Below, piece by piece: positions 23,897 to 35,714 of a stretch of 64,000 nt of DNA. Origin of the DNA: Octopus vulgaris (Eukaryota); NCBI GenBank assembly GCA_951406725.2, contig OX597830.1, forward strand, positions 3,224,001 to 3,288,000, written 5' to 3'. Within the stretch, counting starts at the first letter, position 1. Each line of letters begins with the position of its first letter. The notes under the pieces were generated by a model. It saw only the letters and a program-made list of their open reading frames with translations, was not told the DNA's origin and made no database searches. The position numbers and the translations under genes were made by a program.

Positions 23897-26800
23897 GATT
23901 TCCGCTAGGTTCCTCACAGGCAAAGAACACAGATACAAGTTTTTCTGAGCAGGGAACACTGACGGGGTCGGGGGCGTGGGTATACTTCTTGTGAAGAAAT
24001 GGGTTGATAAGGTAATCGAGGTAGTCAGAGTATGTGACAGAATACTTAAGATTAGATTAGTGCTTCACCAGAGGTCAGCTACCATTATCTCGGCCTATGC
24101 CCCTCAGCCGGGGCTACTGGAGGGGCAGAAAGACCGACTCTATGACACCCTATTGCAGACTACCTCTTCGACGAACGACAGAGACCTTCTCTTTGTGGCT
24201 GGTGATTTCAATGGACATGTTGGACAACGTGCATGGGGCTTCCATGGCATACATGGAGACTATGGTTTTGGTTCTCGCAAACTCTGCTGGAGTTCTGCAA
24301 TGCAAATGATCTTATGGTTTGCAATACCAACTTCAGGAAACCCACCTGTCACCTAGTCACCTATCGTTCTGGTAGACACACCAGCCAAATGGACTACATC
24401 CTTGCCAGAAAAAGGGAAAGAGGGTTGCTTATAAATGCCAAAACCTTCCCAGGGGAAGAATGTACCCCTCAACATAGATTAGTAGTTAGCGACTTCAGGA
24501 TCGGGGCTGAACGGATGCCCAGAAGAAGACCAGCTTGGAAGAGAAGGGTCTGGAAACTTAAAGATCCTGCAAATGGGCAGAGATTTAGAAACGTATTACT
24601 CGAAGCCTTTGATGAAATAGAAGGAGATATAGCATCAGATAATGTGGAAGACAACTGGAGGTTTCTACGGGACAACCTGCTAAGAGCCCCTGACCAGATC
24701 TGTGGCTGGTACAAAGTACCTTCTCGAACCAAGGTAACATGGCCGTGGAACAATGTGGTTGACAAGGCTATTAGACAAAAGAAACAGAGTTGGAAGGACT
24801 GGAAAAACGGAGGTAGCAGGGAACTGTATCAGACTGCCTGAAGGGAAGCTAGAAGACAGGTTTATTTAGCCAGAGGGGAAGCAGATAAAGAAAAATTTGC
24901 CAATGTTCTGCACCGTGAGGACCAAAGACTTGAGGTATTTTGTGTTGCAAGACAGTGTGTGAGAGAGAATCGTGATGTGGTAGGAGAGAAATGTGTTCGC
25001 ATGGAAGATGGTTCACTTGCGCTAAATGAGGCTGCAAAGAGAGAGGTTTGGAGACGCCACTATGAAAGGTTGCTGAATAAAGAAAATGAATGGGATAAAG
25101 AGAGTCTGCCAAATGTCAACCCAACAGAGGGACCAGCTATCCGAGTTGACAGTTCTTTGGTAGTTAAGGTAATTAGAAGCATGAAGACAGGGAAAGCCCC
25201 AGACCCATCAGGAATTACTGCAGAGATGCTCAAAATATCTGGTAGTGTCAGCTATAGCCTAGCTACTCATATAGTTAACCAGGTGATACACGAAGGTGTC
25301 ATACCCAATGACTGGTGCAGCAGCATAATAGTCAACTGCTACAAAGGTAAAGGTGACGCCCTAGATACAAATAATTACAGAGGTATCAAGCCGTTGGATC
25401 AGGTAATGAAGGTCACGGAGAGGGTCATAGCCCAACTGATTAGGAAGAGAGTCAGTTTGGATGAGATGCAGTTTGGTTTCGTGCCAGGGAAAAGCACCAC
25501 TGATGCCATATTTCTGGTGAGACAGCTGCAGGAGAAATACCTAGCCAAAGATAAGCCCCTGTACCTGGCTTTCTTTGACATGGAGAAAGCCTTTGACAGG
25601 GTCCCCCGATCCCTTATCTGGTGGCCAATGAGGAAACAAGGGATAGATGAATGGCTGGTGAGAGCTGTGCAAGCCATGTACAGGGATGTTGTAAGTAAGG
25701 TGAGGGTTGGCAACGTGTACACTGAAGAATTCAAGGTAGAGTTTGGGGTACACCAAGGTTCAGTCCTCAGCCCCCTCCTATTTATCATAGTCCTCCAGGC
25801 AATTACAGAGGAATTCAAGACAGGATGCCCCTGGGAGCTCCTCTATGCTGACGACCTTGCTCTAATTGCTGAGTCACTATCAGAACTGGAGGAGAACTTT
25901 CAGGTGTGGAAGGAGGGATTAGAATCGAAGGGCCTTAGAGTCAACCTAGCTAAAACCGAAGTCCTAATAAATGGGAAGGTAGACAAACCACAAATGCCTT
26001 CAGGTAGATGGCCCGACTCAATCTGTAGTAAAGGCATAGGTAGAAACTCTATAAGATGTACCCAGTGTAAGCTATGGACACATAAGAGGTGCAGCAATGT
26101 CAAAGAAAGGCTAACTGGGAATATAGTTTTTGTATGTGGCAGATGCTCAGGAGCAATAAACACTGAAAATCTGCAGAAAACAACTTCCGTCACTTTCCAG
26201 GGGGAAAAACTAGAAGTAGTTGATAGCTTCCGTTATCTAGGTGACCAAGTCAGTAGTGGGGGTGGGTGTGCTGAAAGTGTAACTGCTAGAGTAAGAATAG
26301 CCTGGGCAAAGTTCAGGGAGCTCTTACCTCTGCTGGTGACAAAAGGCCTCTCGCTCAGAGCAAAAGGCAGACTGTATGATGCATGTGTACGAACAGCCAT
26401 GCTACATGGCAGTGAAACATGAGCCGTGACTGCTGAGGACATGTGTAAGCTCATGAGGAATGAAGCCAGTATGCTCCGATGGATGTGTAATGTCAGTGTG
26501 CATACTTGAGAGAGTGTTAGTACCTCGAGAGAAATGTTGGATCTAAGAAGCATCAGCTGTGGTGTGCAAGAGAGACGGCTGCGCTGGTATGGTCATGTGG
26601 AGAGAATGGATGAAGATAGGTGTGTGAAAAAGTGCCAATCCCTAGCAGTTGAGGGAACCCGTTGAAGAGGTAGACCCAGGAAAACCTGGGACGAGGTGGT
26701 GAAGCACGACCTTTGAACTTTAGGCCTCACCAAGACAATGACTAGTGACCGAGACCTTTGGAAATATGCTGTGCGTGAGAAGACCCAGCAGGACAAGTGA

Positions 26801-27526
26801 GTCCAGCCTACTTATGCATGTCTTTCCTCCCTTGGACACACAAAGACCTGTTGAGGCAAGCGAAGTCGAAATCGAACCTCATCCGACGACAGGCACCCAT
26901 GCCAACCTCCCTTCATTGGACACTAAACTCTGCTTGCGAAGACCTGTTGGGGCAAGTGAAATCAAAATCGGAATTGAAATTGAACCAATCCTATGACTGG
27001 CACCCGGCAGTTGCCAGGAACGCTGGACTAACTCCTGTGCAGGTGGCAAGTGAAGAAACACCATTTTGACCCTGTGCTTGAGGAGATCCATTGAGTCAAG
27101 TACACCAACATCAAAATCAATGGAAACTGCAGTTGTGATCCCTGTGCCGGTGGCACGTAAAAAGCACCATCTGAACGTGGCTGATGCCAGCACCGCCTAG
27201 ACTGGCTTTCGTGCCGGTGGCACGTAAAATGCACCATCCAAATCGTGGATGATGCCAGCGCCACCTTGACTGGCTTCCGTGCCAGTGGCACATAAAATGC
27301 ACCAATCTGATTGTGACCATTGCCAGCCTCACCTGGCACCTGTGCAGGTGGCATGTAAAAAGCACCCACTACACTCACGGAGTGGTTGGCGTTAGGAAGG
27401 GCATCCATCTGTAGAAAATCTGCCAGATCAGACTGGAGCCTGGTGCAGCCTTCTGGTTTCCTAGATACCCGGTCGAACCCATGCTAGCATGGAGAACGGA
27501 CGTTAAATGATGATGATGACGATGAT
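23897..27526 (+). mobile_element. RTE-clade LINE copy 2 (APE endonuclease + RT + PHD-like finger + 3' UTR, 5'-truncated)
   Basis: Endonuclease motifs GVGILL, IISAYAPQ, AGDFNGHVG, SQMDYIL and PQHRLVV; RT in the 24959-26422 frame; 3' UTR with ~60-bp subrepeats and a (GAT)n tail. Confidence 0.95.
24959..26422 (+). pseudogene. Reverse transcriptase segment of RTE ORF (487 aa open; element interrupted by stops up- and downstream)
   Basis: NYRGIK, QFGFVPGKSTTDAIF, FFDMEKAFDRV, GVHQGSVLSPLLF, LYADD, FRYLG. Confidence 0.92.
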
Positions 27527-27606
27527 TTGTAATGTAAGGCCAAAACAACATACGACACTACGCAGAAAACTACCCTTTTACATTGTTCTGGCCTTACACA
27601 ACAAAT
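27525..27606. repeat. Short inverted repeat / mini-MITE adjoining the RTE tail
   Basis: atttgtaatgtaaggccaaaacaa (27525-27548) vs reverse complement of ttgttctggccttacacaacaaat (27583-27606). Confidence 0.65.
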
Positions 27607-27884
27607 GACACAATGCTTCACCAAAACTCCTTCATATATATAGAACAAATCTTTGTGCCAAATAATTTCTTTGTCTTATTATTATTTTTGGATCATAATT
27701 TACTCTTTGGTAAACCGACATTATGCTGTGGCCATTGTGAAACCAGAATTTTCTACACTTGAAGAATTCCATCAGTATTAATCCCCCAGAATTCACGCCA
27801 AATGCTTCTCTGGAAATTTTCTAGCCATATACCCTACCAGGATTGATGTATATAAATACACACACACACACACACATACACATA

Positions 27885-28038
27885 AAACAGGCTTCTTTCA
27901 GTTTTCATCTACCAAATCCACTTACAAGGCTTTGGTTGGCCTGAGGCTATAGTAGAAGACACTTGCCCAAGATGCCATGAGGTGGGACTGAACCCCGAAC
28001 TGTGTGTTTGAGAAAGAAGCACCTTACCATGCCTGTGC

Positions 28039-28099
<61 letters not shown>

Positions 28100-28252
28100 A
28101 CAGGCTTCTTTCAGTTTCCGTCTATCAAATCCACTCACAAGGCTTTGGTTGGCCCGACAATATAGTAGAAGACACTTGCCCAAAGTACCACACAGTCGCA
28201 CTGAAACCAGAGCCATATGATTGGGAAGCAAGCTTTTTACCACACAGCCACT
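27885..28252 (-). mobile_element. Two tandem 5' halves of SINE family A (27885-28036, 28098-28252)
   Basis: Each is the reverse complement of the family-A head (gtggtaa...cttgggcaagtgtcttctactata...gaaactgaaagaagcc), separated by (CT)n(TA)n. Confidence 0.8.
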
Positions 28253-28294
28253 CTCTCTCTCTCTCTGTCTCTTCCTCTTCCTCTCTCTCTATAT

Positions 28295-28338
<44 letters not shown>

Positions 28339-28357
28339 TCTCTTCCTCTTCCTCTTC

Positions 28358-28409
<52 letters not shown>

Positions 28410-28429
28410 CATTTATCTTTTACTTGTTT

Positions 28430-28902
28430 CAGTCATTAATCTGTGATCATGCTGGGGCACTATTATGCAGAATTTTATTTAAACAAATTGACCCCAGTAC
28501 TAAATTTTTTGAAGCCTGGTATTTATTTTATCAGTCTCTTTTGCTGAACCACTAAGTTATGGGGATGAAAACACCAGCACCAGTTGTCAAGCAGTGATGG
28601 AGGACAAACACAGTCACAAAGACTCTCTCTCACTCACACACATACACACACACACACGTATATATACACAAACACACACACATAAAATATGGTGGTTTAG
28701 TTCACAGGTATTCTAAATGATTAGGTATGCTAGGTAAGTGCTGTAACAGATTACTAGGGCCCCAAGGTTGTAGCCGAGATGGTAGTTATGGAGCCATTGC
28801 AGGTTTCCGATATAGCAGATATATAATTGTTAAAGAGGACAACAAACATTGAGGCAAGGCAAATATCTGAAGTCATATACATTATTATTATTATTATTAT
28901 TA

Positions 28903-28965
<63 letters not shown>

Positions 28966-29074
28966 GTTGGAAAAAGCTGTAAGACTGAATTTTTTCCAAT
29001 AACAATAGACTTGAGATGTTTGCCTTGCCTTAACATTTGTTGTCCTCTTTAACAATTACACACACACACACACA

Positions 29075-29118
<44 letters not shown>

Positions 29119-29285
29119 CAACAGGCTTCTTTTAGTTTCCATCTACCAAATCCACTCACAAGGCTTTGTTCAACTTGAGGCTATAGTGGAAGACACTTGC
29201 CCAAGGTGTCATGCAGTGGGTCTGAACCCACAACCTTGAGGTTGGTAAACAAACTCCTTACAATACAGCCATACCTACACCTACA
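28430..29285 (-). mobile_element. SINE family A copy split by nested insertions (head 29118-29285, 3' half 28430-28620)
   Basis: Head and tail are colinear with the intact copy at 50775-51145. The internal microsatellite linker contains an inverted-repeat element. Confidence 0.65.
28824..29058. mobile_element. MITE with 51-bp terminal inverted repeats and (TAT)n core
   Basis: 28824-28874 vs reverse complement of 29008-29058 (taattgttaaagaggacaacaaa..tt.aggcaaggcaaa.atct.aagtc); TA at both ends. Confidence 0.8.
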
Positions 29286-29816
29286 CATTTGCAGACATGA
29301 TATAAAATAATATTGGATTGCTTGTCTGCTCAACGTATAGTTATAAAACTTTGTAACAAAGAAACGATCAGTTTATTGCAGTCAAACAATGAAATCCACA
29401 ATAAAACAATAAAATTCAGTACAAGAAGTTTTATAATAGAAGTGAATCGTTGTTGCTTTAATCATAGAATGTTAATTTCAAATCCTGCTAAATTTCATTT
29501 GTTCAAACTAATCATTGATAACAGGTAACTACAATGGATAATATTGAAGGATCAAAAATATCTGAGCTGCAGATTTATATTGCTTCGAATATTGTTTCCG
29601 ATATATGGATTTTATCAAACAGTTATTTTCACAACAAAAAAATGCAAAAGAAAATAAAATGTTCGATTGGCAAATATTTTCACAGACTTCAGCCATTAAT
29701 CAGGAAGCAATCGTATTTCTTCTGCGGTTTCTATTATCACTGTTCATATTTATTTGACGCCTTTCTAACCTACAAATTTTATATTGTATGTGTGTGTATG
29801 TGTGTATGTATGTATG

Positions 29817-29848
<32 letters not shown>

Positions 29849-31377
29849 TACACACGTATATATATGTGTAATCATATATGTATATATATATATACACATA
29901 CACACATGTATATATATATATATATATATATACATACACACACACATATATATACACTCACATACATGTATATATATGTATTTTATATATATATAGGATT
30001 TGCTATTTCTATTCCCATTGTTCACACTTACTTGACGCCTTTTTAGCCCAGAAATTTATATTATATTTATACATCATACATAGTCAAGAAATATGTCCAA
30101 TACTTTCAAACTCTTACTTGGAGGTTTTCCTCTCTCCCCTCCTCTTACCCTTTCTCTCACTTTATTGCTCTCCCTCTCTCCTTCCTCTCCCTTTCAAATA
30201 AATACTACAATGAACAGCTGATGTTAGGAAAGATTGATTACTTTTGGCCAATCTTACTTTTTTCTAAACTCTTTTACGTTTTATGTGCCACACGAAAACA
30301 GCCTAAATTCCTTTACTTCATACTTCCTCTCTGTGTATTTATATATATATATGTGTGTGTGTGTGTGTTTGTGTGTTTATATATATATGTATGTATGTAT
30401 ACATGCACACACATATATGCATATATGTATGTAAAAGTATATAAGTGTGTGTGTCCTCATAGATATACATGTCCGTGTGTGTATATGTGCATGTATGTGC
30501 ATGCATGCATGCATGTGTGTATGTGCATTACGGAGTGGGTAGACAAACTGGAAGAAAACTATCTGGGAAGGAACTTTAAATCTCTTCTTTATATCCAAAC
30601 TAATAAAAGGAATATTGCAAAAAAAAAGAATGTAAAAAAAAGAAAAGAAATGAAGCAAAAAGGACTTTTTTATATTTTTTTCTTGTCTGAATGCTGAAAT
30701 CGGAATAAGGTAGTCCAAGATGATTTATAAACCTTTGGAATAAGGTGTTGTGTAAAATAAAAGGCATTGAGGAAGTGGTAAGATGATAATACAGCATATG
30801 TGTTTATTTTAGTTCCAGTAACTTCATGCAATGAAATGGTTCCTCTGAGATAACCATGAATATCACAGCTTCTTATTTCTCATTTACAAACCTCCTGGGT
30901 CTCTTCTCTAATTAGTTAATTAATATTTCAATTATAACTATGGCTATGCAGTGTGACCAGCAGCTGTTTGATATTTTGATTTAATACAGATAACAATTAG
31001 AAATAGTAGAACCCAGTGAAGAATTGTCATTAATTCCATTGCTACCATTCCATGCCCCATACTGTTAGAATACCAGCAAACATAGACACAGCAACAGTCT
31101 CATGAAATATTTCATTTTCCATTCTTATTATCGAGAATGAGGAAGAATGGCAATGCCTTTAGTCGTCATGGCAGAGTATCTTAGACTGAGTATTAATGAT
31201 ATCTTCATGGCTCCATTAAGTTTTCAGGGTTTGCTTAAACCCTAGGGAAGTGTTGATCCAGTAGAGATTTGATCCTTCATTGGTACTTGCCCTACTCAAA
31301 ACAGAAGCCAAACATGCCTGAAATTACACTCTACCATTTGAAGAGAAGAACATAATGTAATCTTAGACAAACATTGA

Positions 31378-31810
31378 CTGGCACAGGTGTGGCTGTGTGG
31401 TAGGAGGTCTGCTGCCTGACCACATGGGTCTGGGTTCAGTCACAGAGGCTGGAACTGACCAAAGCTTTGTGAGTGGGTTTATTAGATAGAAACTGAAAAG
31501 AAGCCTACCATATATGTATGAATGTGTGTGTGTGTGTATGAGAGAGAGAGAGTGTATGTGTTTGTGAGTAAGAGTGTGTATTTGTGAGAGAGAGAGAGAA
31601 AGTGTTTGTGTTTGTCCCACACCATCACTCAACAACCAATGTCGGTGTGTTCATGTCCATATAACCTAGCGGTTTGGCATGAGAGACTGATAAAATAAGT
31701 ACCAGGCTTTTAAAACAAGTTAAGTATCAGTGTCGATTCGTTTGTCTAAAAATTTTTTCATGGTAGTGCCCCAGCATGGTCGCAATCTAATTACTGAAAC
31801 AAGTAAAAGA
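31378..31810 (+). mobile_element. SINE family A, near full-length
   Basis: Head ggcacaggtgtggctgtgtggta, internal (GT/GA)n linker and tail ...gccccagcatggtcgca...actgaaacaagtaaaaga. Confidence 0.8.
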
Positions 31811-32329
31811 ATGTCTGAATAGAAAATAAGGAAGAGAGAGAGAAAGAAAGAGAAAGAAAGAGAGAGAGAAGAGAGAGAGGTTCATACAAATAGGCACAAA
31901 ATAAATTTCTATTCAAAATAACAATTCTATGCCACATTGCCATCCATGTCGAGTAAATCTTGCAGAAATCAAATTACCATTCTTTGTGAAATTTTCTTCG
32001 CCTGTTTCCACTGTAATAGACCTGATAGATTGCTGTATCCAATATATTCCAGCTTTACAGCTCTCACAAATTAAACTCAACATGATAATACATGAGCCAA
32101 AGCAAAAAGTAGGCCTCTATGTGGCCACTTGCCCTCTAGAGATAGTAGTCAAAGCTTCATCAAATCACACATATTCTTCCTTACAAGGAAAGGATCAACT
32201 GGATGGTGGATGCCCTTCAGGTTCTTTTGCTCTCTCACAGAAAATCATTGCATTTAAAGGTTTGTGTGCAAATGCATATAATTCTATGTATGCAAGTATG
32301 TATGTGTATGTATTTTATATATGAGGTTG

Positions 32330-32660
32330 GTGTCTGGTGTGCTGGAAGACAATTGGGAATGAGACACCCCTCAGCTTTTGTTAAAGCACATCTCTAGGGA
32401 AAAAAGTCACTCTGATATAAAGCCAGAAATGCAAGGAATAGCTTTGTACATTTTGGAGATCTTTTGCTTTCACTTATGGTCATGTCAATCCCACATTCCT
32501 GAACCTGTAACCCATATTGGTACTGGATATCTTGCCCCAGCTTCTCTCTGGATCATGTCAGGAGGGTGGAGAGGGCCTGTGAGGTGCTGTGCAAACCTTG
32601 TTAGTCCTAAAGTTTTTGATTGTGTAATTGCCAGCAAGGTGACTTTCTGATGCGGGGCTG
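32330..32660 (-). pseudogene. Decayed RT fragment of a restriction-endonuclease-type (NeSL/HERO-like) non-LTR element
   Basis: The minus peptide LTRFAQHLTGPLHPPDMIQREAGARYPVPIWVT...ISGFISE resembles LDLANAYGS.PH.LIQ.AL..Y.VP...GFTT.W. By-eye similarity only. Confidence 0.3.
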
Positions 32661-33128
32661 AGGAGGAGGAGGAGGAGAGCCCCATGACAAGCATAAAAAC
32701 CATGGATGTGAATCTGGAGGAAACAATCAATGCAATAATTTCATAGATGGGTTTTGCTAGCATTGTGCATTGGCAATGGTCAGTGATAACCTTCCTCAAT
32801 CATGAGGGAACAATCATCATCATCATCATCATCATCATCATTCATGTATTTATGCATGCATATATGTATGTATGAATGTCTGTAAGTATATATAAATTAA
32901 TGATTAATTAATGAAGCTGCTTATTGTTATGAGTCACTTGCTCTTTATCAGATTCGATACCACTGTTGCTTGATTGAGCATAGAACTCTGGGTAGGAGCA
33001 AAGTGAATGATCAACTGTTTTCTAATAACAGAAACCCTATACTTTTTGTTTTGAGGACTCTTTCTGTTGTATAAGGTGTATATATATATATATATATTTG
33101 TAAATGGAATATTTGACAATTATTCGGT

Positions 33129-33200
33129 AGCCAAGATAAAACTTCGAGTTTCAGATGCTGAGGTGGAAATCCACACCACCATCTCTTCAGTTATCCGGCC
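33129..33200 (-). ncRNA. Type-I hammerhead ribozyme-like motif within a ~190-bp repeat (33100-33290)
   Basis: Minus strand: stem I GATAA / core CTGAAGA / stem II GATG..GTGG-ATTT-CCAC..CATC / (T)GAAA / stem III ACT-CGA-AGT / cleavage triplet GUU / TTATC pairing with GATAA. Stem I can extend GGCCG:TGGCT with one bulge. Confidence 0.6.
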
Positions 33201-33560
33201 ATCGGAAAAACGCTATTTATTTATAGGTAAATTCCTCTATTTACATAATATCACGGTCTCTTTCTTTCTTTTCTTATCTTACCTTTTTTATCATATATAT
33301 ATATATATATATACATGTATACATTTATGTATATTGTATTCCAGGAGATGATAAGTTCAAAAGCAATCTATGTTGGTTATTTTGTTTCACTTATAATTCC
33401 TTAATGAACCATGAGTGAAACAGAATATACATTTTGTCAGCGTAACAAAACATCATCCTCATTGTCGTTTCAACATCCACTTTTCCATGCTTGCATGGGT
33501 TGAACTATATAGCAAATAGGCATGCATGTTGGTGTGTGTGTATATGTATATAAGAATATA

Positions 33561-33778
33561 TAAATGCAACTAAGGTGTTAGAAACACCTACATTGCTAGA
33601 AATAAGAGCTAAAATTCTTTAATGCATACAGACAGGGACTTTCAAGAATGAGGTTTTTGGATGATTATAGTTCCTGTCAGTGTATATGTCTACAATTATG
33701 TGCTTTGACTACAGCATCAGAGCAATTTAGCTCTTATTTCTAGCAATGTAGGTGTCTCTAACATCCAAGTCGCATTTA
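33561..33778. repeat. 65-bp inverted repeat (fold-back/MITE)
   Basis: 33561-33625 vs reverse complement of 33714-33778, including the perfect core acacctacattgctagaaataagagctaaa. Confidence 0.8.
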
Positions 33779-33939
33779 GTGACAGTTATAGTTTTCTTTG
33801 TTGGTAAAACACTGCACACTGCTGTCTATTTTAATTATCTATATGAATGTGTGTGTGTGTGTGTTTATATATAAGCATATGTATATATATACACACACAC
33901 ATCTATATATGTACATAGAAATATATAACTACATACACG

Positions 33940-33977
<38 letters not shown>

Positions 33978-34103
33978 CACACATACACACATAAATATAT
34001 ACATACATGCATACATGTAATTATTTGATTATAGTGAAATGCTTTGTGGATAATTTCACAGTTTAAATGAATGGGTTCATATATATCACTTGTGCTGGAA
34101 AGC

Positions 34104-34163
<60 letters not shown>

Positions 34164-34250
34164 CAATAATAATAGTGCTGATAATGATGATGATGATGAT
34201 GATGATGAATAAGACGATGAATATGATGACAATGATGATGATGATGATGA
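34104..34250 (+). repeat. (AAT)n grading into (GAT)n microsatellite
   Basis: Direct reading of the sequence. Confidence 0.95.
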
Positions 34251-35017
34251 CGATAAGGGCTGCCAGTGTCCAAATATAAAGGAGTACATCATTTATCTTA
34301 ACGAAGACAACTTAATTACAGGAACGATATTTATGTAATAAATTTTAATGAGATTAAATCCAAAACTATTTTCTTTGTCATATTGCGACTCTCTGGAGCC
34401 AAAATCAATTTTTCACAGCAGAATAATCCAAAAATGGAAACATTTTCACAACTTGATAATGTGTCAGGAGATATTGGAACTGAATTCCCTGCAAATATTG
34501 CTTTATCAATTAAGCATTGACACCTGTAATTGTCACCAAGAACTCAACAATTAGATTATTGTCCCCAATATATTATTCCAACAATGGTAAATAGGTTCTT
34601 TGTAATTAGAGATTTGTTGTGACTAATTTCTATATTTTTTAAGAAAATTTATTCCAAGAGACAATTTAAAGGGGATGAATTGGCAGAGTATACCTCAGTG
34701 GTGGATAAACTTCTTTGCTGTATTTATTGTAACTTCCTACACTTTGAGTTCAAATCTCACCAGGGTCCCATTTGCTTTCCATCGTTTCAGTAACAAAAAA
34801 ATTAGTACCAGTTCAGTGGGGGGTGGGGCAGAGTTATTGGACTGGTTCAAGTTCTGTGTCTTCTCAGTACAAGTCCTGTGTTATCTCTGGAAAAAAAAAA
34901 GATGAGTCGTGATTGACAGGTATATAATAATGAAGAAACCAATGAAATTATTTACTTTTATTTGATTCAAACGTCAACTCCGACCCAGACAATGAATGTT
35001 ATTATTAGTATTATTAT

Positions 35018-35230
35018 CAAGGCAGCAAAACTGATAGAATCATTGGCATGAGAGGTGAAATGGTTAGCAGCATTTCCTCCATCGATACATTCTGAGTTCA
35101 AGCTCCAGCAACTTTGCTTTTCATCGTTTTGGGGTCGATAAAATAAGTACCAGTTGAACACTGGGATCAAAGTAATTGACTTACCCCCTCCCATGAAATC
35201 ACCAGCCTTGTGCCAAAATTTGAAACCATT
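35018..35230 (+). mobile_element. tRNA-derived SINE family B (other copies: 4150-4320 minus, 16240-16390 minus, 34670-34830, 35290-35495, 44100-44290, 44310-44490, 44655-44855, 59740-59945 minus)
   Basis: Shared ttctgagttcaa (box B-like), ctttgc(c)tttcatc..tt.ggggtcgataaaataagtacca and ccttgtgccaaaatttgaaac motifs. Confidence 0.78.
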
Positions 35231-35714
35231 ATCAATTACTATTATTATTGATATTGTTATTATCAATATTATTATAAAGTAAAAAAATGCTGTGTGTTAG
35301 CAGAATGGTTAGAGTATTGGACAAAATGTTTTGTATCTGTGTTGGCTCCTTTCATTCTATGTTCAAATTCTGTCAAGGTGAACTTTGCTTTTCAACCTTT
35401 CAGAGTTGATAAAATACCATTTTACATACAATGGTCAACAATGTTGACAAAAACCTACTCTCAAGTCTGCTGGCCATGTGCTTAAATCAGAAACTATCTA
35501 TTACTATTATTATTCAAATTAAATTAGTCTCGCATACTAATTAACTTATCAGGGATGTCATCCTGAGGCTTGGTGACAACAATTATCCTCAAATCTCAAA
35601 GATCGTTTTTTAGGATTCTTTTAGAATGCAGGAATCTCTCTTCCAATACCCTTTAGTTTCTTAGATAAGAGTTTGGCTGTTGCACCAGTTGGCACAAGAA
35701 TAATGGTCATCTTT

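Noticed and set aside
34342-34520. Protein-looking stop-free frames in unique DNA (also 5983-6097, 31960-32022, 49436-49553)
   Set aside because: No recognisable domain and no consistent splice-phase chain; frames of this length are expected by chance in 64 kb.
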